A model generated the notes under the pieces. It had not been told where the DNA came from. It worked only from the letters and a program-made list of their open reading frames with translations, and searched no databases. Shown here one piece after another: positions 1 through 14,645 of a stretch of 64,000 nucleotides of DNA (position 1 is its first letter; the number at the start of each line of letters is the position of its first letter). Position numbers and translations under genes: made by a program. This stretch comes from Octopus vulgaris (lineage: Eukaryota): positions 9,734,001-9,798,000 of the forward strand of contig OX597821.1 of NCBI GenBank assembly GCA_951406725.2, written 5' to 3'.

Positions 1-240
1 AAAAACACCTCCTAGTACGATTGTAATTCTAATTGTCTCTCTCTATATCTTTATACAGCTTTTTCAACTTAATCTCATTCGTCTTTTATATATGCATATT
101 AAAGTTATATATTTACATATTCTTAGGATTTTTTTTATATGATTTACATTTGTATAATTAAAAACTGATATGCATCGATCCATGGCGCAATATATGTTTA
201 TATAAATTGTGTGTTGGACCTATTTGAATTCTCTTTATCA

Positions 241-260
241 TATATATATATATATGCATG

Positions 261-336
<76 letters not shown>

Positions 337-426
337 CATACATATATATACATATATCTATATCTATATATATATATATACATACATACATACATACATA
401 TATATATACATATATATGTCATACAT

Positions 427-475
<49 letters not shown>

Positions 476-570
476 CATACATACATACATACAAACATAT
501 ACATACATACATACATATATACATACATACATATATACATACATACATATATACATACATACATATATAT
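241..570. repeat. Compound (TA)n/(TACA)n/(CA)n microsatellite
   Basis: Read directly; one of dozens of similar tracts in the window. Confidence 0.95.
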
Positions 571-3500
571 ATTCAACATATACTCTTCGCCAAACCATGA
601 GACTTTCATTTTCTACAATTGGATCCGGACTGTGAAGTGAAGTGAGACAAATTCAAATCGGGTTCTATACTTTAGACTACTATTTTTCTACGCAGCTCGC
701 TTGGCGTTTTTGTTCTGACGTCCATATGGTGGACAGAATATTAATGCACATGGGAGAAGCGGATGTTGTAATTACCTAATATGGTTCAGGTAGTTAGCGC
801 TGACAGTCTTTCATTGTATAAGCAGTTTGGTGGTGTTGGGTTAAATTCTCCTTGTTTCAATTTAAACTGCCCTCATCGATATAGGTGTCTTGACTCAGTA
901 ACAGAGTTTACTCTATACGAGCGGCAGGGCGAAGTGCTGTTCTTGTATGGTACAGGGGATTTCATTATGCACCAAACCTAGTTATTCCCACGTGTTGGCT
1001 ATCAACAGCAAAGTGTTACTGATACTATTTATCATATGGCAAAATCTTACCGATTTCATAAATAGAAATCTTCAATGATTTGTTTTACCTGACCAATTTC
1101 GTAAACGCAGATTTTTCTCGGTTCTTTTACAGTATTTAAAAACCAAAACGCATTCATAAATGCTACTTTTATCAAGTAAGTATCATTACACAATTAAAAA
1201 TGAAAATTGACAAGAACGCAATACTTTAGCTCAAAACGCGTTGAAAATTGTTCGTTCTGAAGGTCATATTTAACGTAGTTAGAACCACATTCCCATTGAT
1301 AAGATCTTGTTTTCAGAGTGGGAACCAACTTAGGACAAAGTCCGAGTGCATTTCGCAAGGGACTGTTGCTCTTACATCTCTAATGATGCCGTTCCTACAC
1401 AGATACTCTAGATCACACTAATATAAGGGCTAACCGACTCACCAACAACCAATTCACTTGAACACACAAAAATATAGTTGAGGTCAAGCCAACTCATCGA
1501 GCCATAGTCACTCTCGGATATGATGTTATCCTACAGGCAAGAACTATTTTAAAACACTATTGAAACTAGATTGTCAGTTGTAAAACATATATTCACATTG
1601 AAACATTTAATCATGCATTATGAAGTCGCTTTGGGATATTGGTAACGTGACTGTTTACTTTTAGAATTAAAGTGAAGGGTAAATGTGACATGATGGATCT
1701 GAAGATTTCGACATAGTACCCGTGGAATATTTTGTCTAGATATGGCCGCTTTAAATGCTAAATCGTTAACCTAAGAGCACAATGATGTATTCGATAATTT
1801 GACGTTTATCTCCAGCGCTTTAACCTTTCCGACACACGTCTTTATATAACGTCTATGCATACAAACATACATACATACATACGTATACACTTTTGCATAA
1901 ATATATACATACACACACACATATATGTGTGTGTAGGTGTATATATATATGTGTGTTTATATATATATATATATATCCCTTTATTCTCAATAGTTTAAAT
2001 TGATGAAGGTTTTAAATGTTTCACCTAGACTCCCATATTTCTTTGAGGATGAATTCCTGTTAGGAGATGCATTTCAATTCTTCTTTCAAATAATGTTCCT
2101 TCTTTTGAATGTACTAACATTAAATTAGCTATTATTTATACACTAATAGTTATGCAATTATAAATGATATCAGTATGTATATAACTAAAGAGATTGGAGG
2201 GGTGCATAATTTCGAAAATTTAGTGTAGTTCATTAACTCCAAGGTATTCAACTAATTATCAAAATCAAAAGATTATCATCGACCTATAGGGCATTACTTG
2301 ATCCTTTGCACAAGATGTGATTCACATAATAACTAGTTACAATATGAACAGTGTTAAGATTTAGAAATAATGATAATATTTATGTAATCAGGGAAATCTA
2401 AGCAATTCTACGCTTAAATTATCTGTACTATCAACATCTGAATTTCTTTCAAACAAACATAAGTGTTTGATTAAATTGATAATTAACGTTATGAAATGGT
2501 TAATACACATATTCTAATAGCCTAAATGTTATTGATATGTGTATGTGTGTGTGTATGTGGTTATGTGTTTGCAACCACCTGTATAAGGAAATATTGTGTG
2601 CTATAACGTGTGTATGAAAGTATAATAATTTGTAATGTGTTTGGATATGTATATACGTAACATGTCATAAGTGAATAGAAACCTCGGTCAGAAGAATACG
2701 AACATCTCTAATAGGAAGAGGACAGTTAACGAGTAGTTGCAAATGGATATTTAAATTTTCTACAACGTTCAAAGGTTTGCTGACTTAGTCACTATCTCTC
2801 CATATATATTTATATGTATGTGTATGAGTGTGCGAATATGTTTGTGCGTGTTTATTTGTGTGTATATGGGTGTGTGCTGGCGTGTATACACCCGAGTGCT
2901 CGAGAGTGTACATTCCTTGGCTAAAATACTTAGGAGATTGAGAAGTGATAGATTTTGAAGTAGCACCTGTGTATAAGGAACTAAACTTTAACCTTTTTCG
3001 TAAAATTTTCGTGATCCAAAATCTCGGTGATAGGAATGTCCTGAAATTTTGAGAGCTGAATTTTTTTGCAAAAAACTGATAATGGTTCTTATAAAAAACA
3101 ACATTATTTATTGATACTTGTTCTTTCTTACCGCAAAAGTTTTTGACAATTATGAGTAATGGTAAGATTGGTTATGTGGATTAGTGTTTGTGATATATAT
3201 ATATATATAAATTTATATATATATAAATTTATATATGTATATATACATATAAACTGAGTTAGTTTAGTAACTAATATCAGGAATTGTTTAAAAATTGAAA
3301 ACTAAAAAATGATGCCGAACGAAGAAATATGACATATTTCATCATTCCACCATGTTGCTGCATCTTAAACCCAGGTTTAATAACTGCCACTATTTATAAG
3401 CTAAAATAAAATGGACGATAGGAAAACGAATGTAAATATCTTGCACAAATATATTTATAAATGTTTAATGAAGATTTTGCTTTCAATCTTTATGGATGAA

Positions 3501-3839
3501 CGGAAATCTTATGAATATGTATAAAATATTATTTAATGTGCGTGCACGTGCATATTTCCGCGCTTCGAATTTCTGAATCAGTGATAGTCGTGTTGTAAAT
3601 AAATTCGTAAAGATGCGTATAAACATAGGGGGCATATTCTAAACAAACACTGACACAGATGCACACACTCACACGTGTTCACACACTCAAACACAACCAA
3701 ACACACACACCCATACACAGATACTCACACACACACGTGCATCCTCACTCACACTGTATGCTTACATCTATATCCACGTGTTTAGATCTAAAACAGAATG
3801 TTACATAAACATTTGTATACATGTATATACATCGGTATA

Positions 3840-3883
<44 letters not shown>

Positions 3884-4519
3884 CACACACGCACACGTAC
3901 ACACACAGATATGCGGGACCGTACACACGAACGCAAATACAAACACACACACATATATATATATAGGTGTGCATATGTGTATCTGTGCGCGACTGTGCAT
4001 CTACATAACGAGAAAGGTAGAAAAGAAAGATAATGCAGAAAGGAAAAATGCTATTTGTATCTAACTCGTAAATTTAAGGTCTGAATTTTGTCATATCTTT
4101 GCCGTTGGAAAGACATTTCCGACATTAAGTATGAATGTATTTCGTTATTTAGATGTGTATTCACTCATATAATTCTCATCTTTGACAGTTGCTGTAAATA
4201 GAAAACATGATTAAAGAACAACATATACTCTCGTTACGTGGCTAGAATGCTGATTTTTGATATAAGGGCATGGCAAAGCATTTTTGGAATATTCAACGTT
4301 CAGGAAACTGGTATTTACTATGGTTAATATTCGTGTCATATCTGATATCCAATAAATCTAGCATTGGAATTGCGAATATGTAATTGACTCTGGATTACAA
4401 AATTGGATTCCTAAGACTTGATTCAAGACAAATACAGAAATAGTGTTATAGGGAACATGCTAAATTGAATCAAAACAACATAAAAATAGTGTAAAGGGAG
4501 GAATAATTTCACATAGGAT

Positions 4520-4636
4520 CCAATAATAGTTTTCACATCAAATTTTGCCTGGGTCGATAAGATAAGTAATAGTTGAACACTAGGGCCGATATAATCGCCT
4601 TAGTGCCTCCCCTGAAATTACTGGCCTTGTGCCAGT
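4520..4636 (+). mobile_element. Degenerate SINE (family C)
   Basis: GGGTCGATAAGATAAGTA...GGCCGAT...CTCCCCTGAAATTACTGGCCTTGTGCC resembles the copies at 48449, 51955 and 60545. Confidence 0.5.
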
Positions 4637-4637
4637 A

Positions 4638-4687
<50 letters not shown>

Positions 4688-4713
4688 GATTATCATCATC
4701 ATTATTATTATTA

Positions 4714-4815
<102 letters not shown>

Positions 4816-4844
4816 ATAATGATAATAAGAATAAGAATAAGAAT

Positions 4845-5194
4845 AAAACAATACATGTTGCCATAGGTGCCCTGGGTATGATAGCAAAAGGGGCTCATTG
4901 CTACCTAGCGCAGATATCAGGAAACCCCAAAATGACAGAAATTCTAAAGATAGTGCTCATGGGAACGGCTCATATCCTACGCAAAATACTTTCTATGTAA
5001 TCTCAAGTTTTAAAACAAACATAATTTTCTTATGGTTTCTTAAACATTCACTAGTACAACACTAAGTACAAACCAAATATATGGCACCCTAGGCATAACT
5101 ACAACATGAACTTCCAACTTGTTTTCTCTTTAGGTCTCTGGGTGAGACTTGGAGCCAACTTGTACAAATGTAAAGCAAAAGTCAAACATAGAAT

Positions 5195-5195
<1 letters not shown>
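4845..5195 (+). mobile_element. 3' end of an R4/Dong-type RLE non-LTR retrotransposon in a TAA microsatellite
   Basis: TIHVAIGALGMI...KIVLMGTAHILRKILSM* is homologous to the C-terminus at 11174-11413; followed by a 3' UTR and flanked by (ATT)n, (AAT)n and (AAC)n. Confidence 0.8.
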
Positions 5196-5225
<30 letters not shown>

Positions 5226-6889
5226 GCAATGATAATAATAATAATATTAATGATAATAATAATAATAATAATAATAATCACATGCACATTTTGCTGGATG
5301 AATAAATGTAATGGGATTTTCATTCAATGAATAAAAGTATATAGGAAGTTGTGACCCAATGCAAGCGCTTCTTGTAGAAGTTTGAAATAGTTTAAAATTT
5401 TATGGCTTCCCACAGCGCTTTAGTCTATTTTGTATAATTTTGACAAAAAGATGTTGACGCTTACAAGTATTGTACTGAGAATATGATGAATCGTAACAAA
5501 GGGACGGAGATTTAATAGTTCAACTTTTAGTGTTTCTTAATATCAACTGCCATTGTGTTCAATAGTAACATGAAACCGCTAAATACTAGCAGTTCGGCTT
5601 TTAAAGCATTGCTTCCACAGTCGAATATACAATTTTAGTACTTCCAACACTATTAATAATGAACAATATAGTATCAGTATTAGATTATCGGAGACATTAC
5701 GAGACAATAAAGAAGTATTTCTACTATTTGGAGAAATAGATTATACCAATAATACATCCCCTCTCATCAAAATAGTAATTAGCTTTAAGATAACGACCGA
5801 AGAGCGTGGAAAATAAGAAAAATAATAAGCCTATGTGATAGATTATTTACAATGATTGTAAATTTATACACATGATATGTGTGTTTATATATATGTACAT
5901 ATATCATACATGTTTACATACTCATGCGCTCATGCGCGCACAAGCATATGTTGCGGCAAATCGTCCGAGTGAAATATTTTTCACTATAATTCTGGCAATC
6001 TGAGTAAAATTTATACTAGTTCCACATCGTAAGTGTAGGAGCTCTAACTAAAAAGACGTATCAGTTAGAGCTGTTGCAGTTATTACAATGAATAGAATTG
6101 AAAAGAAGAAAAAAAAGAAAAGTAACGTGTACTTAAGGACAGCTTCTAGACCGTGTAAAGCAGAGAGTAATCTGGCATTTTCTTTGCGAATTACTAAGCC
6201 TTTCCGCCGAATTTTTGTTTTCTTTTCCCAATTAAGAGAAAACATTCAGTTAATAAATTTAAAGAATCATATCAGCATACATAAACAAATAATTGGCGCT
6301 ATTATACTCTTTAAATTAGTAGAATTTTTGTTTATTTAAATCGGTTCTTAGTGTTAGCAACATTGTAACATTAATGATATCACATTCCGACTTTACTCTG
6401 ATGATATTCTACACTTAATAAGAAGCAGCTCATTATATTGCATTCTTTCATTTTAAGTTGTTATCAATGCATAACTTAATTTTGAACATTTCATGTATTA
6501 CTCGTAAGTGCAGGAGATTATATATTGACTTGGATATACAGGAACATTTTTATACACACTTTGTTGTCATAATGAAATTTTATTCATCATTAGATATAAT
6601 TATATTCAGTTCAATATCCAGAAAGTATATGAATATTAGACACATTTCTTGAGTATATCGTTATATGGTGATTTAAATTCAATTTGATTTAAAACATTTT
6701 ACGTAAGACCTTAGAAAACATGAGCTTATAACTTCTGTTGAATATTTCATGTTAGAAACTACCAGTTTCTATAAAGATTCCCTTGGGCGTATATGTTAGC
6801 ACATGAGAGATTATTGACAAATTTAGACATATCCCTATTTAATACTCGATACAATTTGGATCTATGCTTTTGAAATCATGATACGTCTA

Positions 6890-8150
6890 AAATAGACCGC
6901 TAACCAGTCAACAAGAGAAGGTCAGAAAGGTCGAGAATACATGTAGACTGGACTGTGTTGATAGTTGTGTCTGTACTGATATATTAATTGTTCAGTGATA
7001 CTGAGTGGACGTTATAAAGATCTAACCATTTGAGGATAATAACACTGTACAGTCCCCAGTCGTACGGTGCTAGACAGAACCATGCTCTCAACGACTTCGG
7101 AATATTACAACATATGTCAGAGCGACAACCGTCGTGAAAAGACAGATACAACAGTGGCAAAATAACGCTTTACAACAGTGACAACGAGAAAAAACAAATT
7201 TATGCGGAGTGAAAAAAACATCACTTGGAGAATTTAAACTAATTCACGTGAAAAATTAAATACCTCGACAAAAAAGAAACAAAAATCTTGTCGTGCTATC
7301 TTACGCAAATCATAATATATGAAAGATTTGTTAGCTGGTATAGTCGAGTTGCAAAAACATCAGCAACAACAACTCAAGGAACAATGAGAAAAACAATAAG
7401 TATTGCATCACCAAATGTTACACTTAATGAAGTTGATTACCAAACCGGAGAATACAATTTTACCTGACCTTTAGCAAAATCCATAAGCTCATTCAAATAT
7501 GATCCCGAAGAAGGAGTAACCTTCGAAGCTTCCATTCGAATATTTCCAAACATTTTCGAAATTAATATTAGGAGTGGACGAATGAAATGAAAACAACACT
7601 AGTTTTAAGGAAACTAAGGACAGAAGAGCATGAGACTTGTAGTAACTTCATATTGCAAAAAAAAACCAAAAACCTCCGACATAAATCTCACCGACACATT
7701 TGACATTTTCTACAAAATGTTTGGTGAAAAGAGCACAGAATGTAATATTAAATGGAAAGGTTTGAACATAGAAAAGATCGAAGTTGAATAGATGAATAAT
7801 TCACTAATTACGCAGGCAGAGTATACAAAGAATGCGAGAGATATAGGCTAGATATGCTTACTCCAGATACTTTGAAGTGTTTGAATTTTGCACAAGGATT
7901 GATAGCTAGATGGAATGCAGAAATCTGAACACCAATTCTGTCAACACTGGAAATGAACCAGGATTTGACATTATACGGAAGAGTGTGACAGGATATTGAA
8001 CTTAAGATATTACACGGAATAAATTCAACGGGCAGAGTGTTTCCACATAAGGCCAGTGCGAAAAGTCGCATGACAAATAAGGTTTTGCAGGAAAACATAA
8101 AAATATCGGGATGTAGACCTATGTATGGCATGTAGTGGGATGCACCAGAA
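6890..8150 (+). mobile_element. Degenerate Ty3/Gypsy LTR retrotransposon 5' region (gag-like)
   Basis: Frameshifted peptides LAKSISSFKYDPEEGVTFEA, LRKL.TEEHE, KMFGEKS and LTPDTLKCLNFAQGL resemble invertebrate Gypsy gag. ACAACAGTGACAACGAG near 7172 resembles an LTR-end/PBS junction. Boundaries are approximate. Confidence 0.55.
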
Positions 8151-10237
8151 AAACAGTTGTTCGAAAATGTTAATTAAATACAAAATGAATTATATATGTA
8201 TGTATTTCTTTATTTGCTAGTATATCATATGTTGTACTACTTCGTTCAGGATGTAATCTGCACTCTTCCGTTGACGTTAAAAGAATTATATTAAGGAAGA
8301 GTTAGTAGATTTATTTATGAACGTACAAAACCTTACATTCGCCTTAGTTGTTATTAGCAATGTACACTATGAAGTACTCATATCTTTCGAGAGTTCCCCA
8401 TACCCTGGTAACTGACCTAGAATCTCTGCAGCCCAAATAGTATACGCCTGGACATATTTATGCCATTTAAACTACACAGTAATAGAATTCTAAAATTCTT
8501 GCGGCTATAATTATTCTACAATCAAAATATTTCATATGGAATTAAAACCACATAATATCTTTACTATTAAAATTTGCATCGATATTATAGAATAAAGATT
8601 GTTATTCATGACACAATTTAGTACGTTTTCATTTTCATTATCATTTAAATAGCATATTTTCGGAGTGCCTGTCACACGAATCATTTTACTAGATATAGTT
8701 ATTTTATATAAATACTTAATTTCTAATTATAGGATGACTGACATTTTCATAAATAAATATCTCGTGAATTTTATAGAATTTTATGTCGATTTACATTTCT
8801 ATACAAATTATTTTAAAATATTTCTGTATTTTCTTATTTTACTGCTTAAAGAAACTAATTATATTATGAAAGGAAACCCCAAAATAATTTTTATCTATGA
8901 ATAAATGCTTGTATCTAAACTTTATGTACTTGTATTCATTTTGCGCGTATTGTGTATAATGCTTGTTTTATAAATGGATCTCCTTAAAAGTACAGTCAAC
9001 ATTAATTAGAGGTTCACGCAAACAGCATCATATTTGTCTTATGCCAGAAATACGGGGAAAAATTACTTCGATGTATCTACACATTCATTTTCTTCGGTGT
9101 ATTACGAATACGAAACCATGTCTTATTAAACTTCAAATTTAAAATTTATGTTTAATTATTTATATCCAGTTTGCAGACACGCGCATACACACACACACAC
9201 ACACACACATGTACATGTATTTATACATACCATAATGTACATACATACATAGGAATGCTCCTTTCAAATTACTTCTTCGATGTATTTGATTTGTCTTGGT
9301 GATAATACGAACTCTTAAACCTATGGATTTGTCTGTTATTGAAAGTAGTAAGTGTAGATTGCAGTATGTCACCATCGTGTAAAATAAAATAAAAAAACAA
9401 TAAAAAAACCACATACTTTTTTTTCTCTCTCTGGAATATACAATGAAGTGACGTGTGCCATCTGCTCTCATCAAACATTTATAAATTACATAAAACCAAA
9501 TAACGCAATTTGCCTTATTGTTATATCTCATGCTATGATATTGATTCGGGAAGCATTATGGACTCATGAAAACTATTATGAAAATGATAAACTCTACACC
9601 ACTAGCTTTCAAACGAAGATTTTCACGGAGATCAGGAATAATATTTCATAAAATGTTTCATATTGTTGTTCATAGGCCATTGAACATTCTCGACAATCGT
9701 TTCGATGTATAATATCAATATAATAAATCCGCTATCTAGTGTATTGCGATTTCACCATTAGCATATTTCCATTTTACTTAGAGTAAGCAAGGTGGAGATA
9801 ACACTGTTTAATGCAAAATAAACGTTTCCCATATAGTTTCGAATTCAGTCGTACACAGGCTTTCGTTAAATGGATAATTTGAATGGTATTGGCTTCTGGG
9901 TGAAGCAAAGCATTGCGTTTGAAAGTTGAGAAAAACTGTATAAAATTGCTACAGTGCTCTATGCTGTTCTCAAGTAATATAATTAATCTTTTCGTTTCTG
10001 TAGGACAAAAAGCAAACTGGTGTGTCATATCATAATGGCCACATCTACTACAATCTATAGGGGCGGGTATTAGGTCCCAATAAAATTAACAATCACAATC
10101 GCAATATAAAAAATGACAGACGACGTCTGCCTATCTCTCTGTGCGTATATGATTTAGCATTAATAGGATTTTGCTGGAAAGTTCTTGGTTTTGAGTAGCA
10201 TAATAATAATAATGATAATAATAATAATAGTAATAAA

Positions 10238-10275
<38 letters not shown>

Positions 10276-10284
10276 TAATAATAA

Positions 10285-10327
<43 letters not shown>

Positions 10328-10331
<4 letters not shown>

Positions 10332-11518
10332 TCTGACATAGAAAGACTATATATACAACGTATAGAAGGTGGTAGAGGCCTTATACAGCTGGAAAACTAC
10401 TATAAAATAACCACCATAGGACTGCAAAAATATCTACTTCAGAAGGAAGGAAAACTGATCCAGATAGCGGCAAAACACGAGCAAAACAAAAAACTGTTCT
10501 CAGTATTTAAGGAAGCTGACAAATACAAACAAGAAATCATACCACCTAATAAACATGAAGAAGAAGAAGATGAAGAAACAACAAAAGCTATAAAAAAAAT
10601 GAAATCCAAACTAAAAATAGAACAGCAAAGAACCATGATGAAACGATGGCAAGAAAAGCCCCTTCATGGTAAATACTGGACTAAACTAAACGCAAAAGAA
10701 ATAGACAAAGAAAAATCCCAGCAATGGTTGAGAAGCTCAGGACTCAAAGCAGAAACAGAGGGATTTTTAATTGCAGCACAAGACCAAAGCCTCCCCACCA
10801 GAAATTACCAAAAACATGTAATGAAAAGAAATATTACAAGTAACTGCAGAATATGTGGAGATGGACAAGAAACAATAAATCATATTATCTCTAGCTGCCC
10901 AGTCCTGGCTAAGAAGGAATATATTCACAGACATGACAGAGTTGGAACTTACATACATTGGAAGCTATGCCAACATTATGGAATAACAACAGAAAAAAGA
11001 TGGTATAGGCACACCCCAGAAAAGGTCACAGAAAACGAGAAAGCAACCATACTCTGGGATATGCCGATACACACAGATAGAGAAATTAAGGCCAACAGAC
11101 CAGATATAGTTGTCAGAGACCATGAAGAAAAAAATGCTTTCTAATTGATGTATCAGTACCGGCAGATGACAACGTGTCTCTAAAAGAAATGGAGAAACTC
11201 TCAAAATACAAAGACCTGGAAATAGAGGTAACTAGAATGTGGAATCTGAAAACAGAAACAATTCCTATCATAGTAGGTGCATTAGGCATGATAAAAAAAT
11301 ATTCAGACAAATACATAACAAAAACACCAGGACTTACAAACACATATAACATACAGAAAATTGCACTACTGGGCACTGCACACATCCTACGCAGAACACT
11401 TTCCATACAATAACCATCAGAGCATCACAACAAATCACAGCACATACCCAAGACACACAGAGCTGTGCTCGGTAGTGAAGTGAAAGCACGCTATAAAAAT
11501 AAAAATAAAACTACTGAA
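10328..11518 (+). mobile_element. 5'-truncated R4/Dong-clade non-LTR retrotransposon (post-RT region, CCHC knuckle, restriction-like endonuclease, 3' UTR)
   Basis: RLYI.R.EGGRGL, W....LHG, ETEGFLIAAQDQ, CRICG...ETINHIISSC, RHD, RPDIVV, LIDVSVP (after a frameshift in the A-run near 11130) and K.SKY; stop at 11413; flanked on both sides by (AAT)n. Confidence 0.92.
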
Positions 11519-11553
11519 TAATAATAATAATAATAAAAATAATAATAATAATG

Positions 11554-11616
<63 letters not shown>

Positions 11617-11640
11617 TTAATAATAATAATAATAGTAATA

Positions 11641-12912
11641 AATAGAAATCACTGCAGCACCAACGGCAGAAGAATTGGAAGAATTCTGGAGAGAAATATC
11701 GTCGGCGAACGAACAACCAAAAAAAAGGACTATCAAAATAACAAACTCGGCATCTGAACAACTTTGGACCCCCATAACAACTGAAGAGGTCACCCAGGCA
11801 CTGCAAAGACTAAGCAACTGGAAGGCACCTGGGCATGACAAGATCCCCAACTTCTGGTTGAAATATCTAACAGGAATGCACAAAAAGCTGGCTGAAAACT
11901 TTAACAACATACTAGCAGAGCCAGATACAATGCCTGAATGGCTCACGAAGGGGAAAACCATCTTAATTCCCAATTCAAATGAGACAGCAAAACCAGAAAA
12001 CTACAGACCAATAACCTGCCTCCCTACGATGTTCAAAGCATTTACTGCAGTGATATCGCAAAGGTTGAACAAGCACCTGGATGAAAACAAACTGTTCCCA
12101 GAAGAGCAGAAAGGATGCCGCAAAGACTCATATGGCTGTAAAGATCAACTAATGATTAATAAAGCCATAACTGAAGACAGCCACAGAAAGAAGAAAGGCC
12201 TCAGTATGGCCTGGATCGACTACAAAACGATCAGCCACCTTTTATATATGGATGACCTAAAACTATACGCTGCAAATGATAAACAGCTGGAAACACTATT
12301 AAAGACAGTTCATGGATTTACTAAGGAAATAGATATGAAATTTGGATTAGAAAAATGCGCCAAAGTAACCATGAAAAGAGGAAAACTAGTTAAGAGTAGC
12401 AACATCACACTAGATAAACCAATGAAATAAAAGAATTAGACCAAAGCCAAACTTACAAATACTTAGGAATCCATGAACTAGATAAGACACAACACACACA
12501 AGTGAAAGAGAATATAAAAAAATAATATTATAGACGAGTTAGATCAATACTAAAAACTGAGCTCAATGCTAAAAACAAGATAATAGGTATTAACACTTTA
12601 GCTGTCCCAGTTATATGTTACAGCTACAATATCCTTAACTGGACACGAAATGAACTGACCAAAATAGATAGGAAAACAAGAAAAATAATGACAGGTTCTA
12701 GGATGCATCACCCAAAATCTGACATAGAAAGACTATATATACAACGTATAGAAGGTGGTAGAGGCCTTATACAACTGGAAAACTACTATAAAATAACCAC
12801 CATAGGACTTCAAAAATATTTACTTCAGAAGGAAGGAAAACTCATACAAATAGCGGCAAAACACGAGCAAAACACGAGCAAAACAAAAAACTATTCTCAG
12901 TATTTAAGGAAG
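11641..12912 (+). mobile_element. Second R4/Dong copy: RT region with internal deletion, 3' end lost into (GAA)n
   Basis: NWKAPGHDKI, NYRPITCL, EQKGC, WIDYK joined directly to TISHLLYMDDLKLYA, FGLEKC and YKYLG; 12714-12912 duplicates 10328-10515. Confidence 0.9.
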
Positions 12913-12933
12913 AAGAAGAAGAAGAAGAAGAAG

Positions 12934-12965
<32 letters not shown>

Positions 12966-13276
12966 GAAGAAGAAGAAGAAGAAACTTCCTGTGAGCAATG
13001 AAAAGTGGAATTGTTATTGGGAAGTGGCTGCAGGTTTACCAGGGTGCCAAGGACTCTTTCTCGTCCCAGTTACGAAATCAACCTAAAAATAGTTTCTGAG
13101 ACAGGAGTGGCCAACGCAAAAAGGAATAAAATTACAAGGGAATTCCACCATAACAACCTCTCCCTATTTTCTCTCTCTCTCTCTCTCTACATGTCTTTAA
13201 CTTTTCTTTAACCATCAGAGCATCAGCTCTCTGCTAAAATTATAATTTTATCTTCCTTTCTCTACATTCATCCAAC

Positions 13277-13368
<92 letters not shown>

Positions 13369-13369
<1 letters not shown>

Positions 13370-13625
13370 ACAATTGCAGCGTGGAAGGTGTTTATAAGCC
13401 AATTCAGAAACTCACAAAACCGTTAGATTCACTTCAACATTTAAATTTAATTTGACAAAGTTTCGTGCTGACAAAGAGATGCAGCACGAAGCTTTATCAC
13501 TGAACAGGTTGCGGTCTCAAAGCAACGAAAATATTTTGTCAAATTAAATTTAAATATTGAAGTGAATCTAACGGTTATGTGTGTTTCTGAATTGGCTTAT
13601 AAACACCTTCCACGCTGCAATGGTT
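13369..13625. mobile_element. Foldback of two inverted PLE-type terminal-repeat copies
   Basis: 13369-13458 is the near-perfect reverse complement of about 13536-13625; same family as 38288-38455. Confidence 0.75.
13493..13543 (+). ncRNA. Degenerate hammerhead motif (same family as the G3-C8 copy at 38371)
   Basis: tttatca CTGAACA G GTTGC ggtctcaaa GCAAC GAA AATATT T tgtcaaa; C3/C8 mismatch and damaged stem I. Confidence 0.5.
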
Positions 13626-13801
13626 TTCTTTCCAGCCAACGATCTCAGATCAAGTCACTCGCTATGCAAGTACATCTCCGTAATATATATATATATATAT
13701 ATAGTTAATCCAAACAAGAAAGCACAAAAAAACACAACAACGTGAGGACGTGGAACAAATATAGTATTATTGAACGCTCAGGAAAGAAGGAAAGAAGGAG
13801 G

Positions 13802-13836
13802 GTTTAACGTTTCGAGCGGAAATCTTCGTCGGAAAC
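13802..13836 (-). ncRNA. Minimal hammerhead motif, U4C core, damaged stem II
   Basis: gttt CCGACGA A GATT tcc GCTC GAA AC GT T aaac; sister copy at 28675. Confidence 0.5.
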
Positions 13837-13961
13837 ATAGAAGGAAAGATCCATATAAATAAACAGACACACTCAGAAAGGAAGGAAGCGGGCTGTCACA
13901 AAGAATGGAAAATTGCTTTCGCCTCTGACAGTGCTACTCATACATATAAATGTAAAAATAT

Positions 13962-14020
<59 letters not shown>

Positions 14021-14586
14021 TACTCACCCTTTGTTGAAGAACTGTCTTTTTTTACCTTTTGTACACTTTTACATACTACAGTAGCTGTCATTTTTTATGG
14101 CACGGGGCCAGCAATTTATTATAAGATTATTATAAAGCAATGTAATTAATTGTATATTTTCACACGCACGAGGGATCGGTGCAGGATGTGTCGAACCGCT
14201 CGGTGCGATAAAATTTCCTGTATTTACTATCTTCCATATCCATTGTTTCTAATATACACAACGTGCAGTGAGGATCTTCAAACGTAGACCAAATGAGGTT
14301 TGCGCACTTGCGTGCTGGAGGGAGTTTAAAGGGAAATTTAGCAGCGTGATTCTTCGCCTGCTGAAATTCGTTGACGCTGCATGGAATACGACGGAACCAC
14401 AGAAAAAAGCAAACGCACTCAACAGCGGAGCTGAAGACATCTCCGAATGGGAAGAGCCACTCTACGTCGGAAAACGTTAAATGAATAGAGGCCGTAAACG
14501 GACATGGTTCCTCATGATGACGTCCCTAGCTACCGGATCCTATAAAAGAACTGTGGAATTAGCGAACCACCAAGCGTGGTTGGAAT

Positions 14587-14639
<53 letters not shown>

Positions 14640-14645
<6 letters not shown>

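Noticed and set aside
14425-14485. CTGAAGA ... GGAAAACGTT as a possible hammerhead
   Set aside because: No convincing stem I or stem II closure
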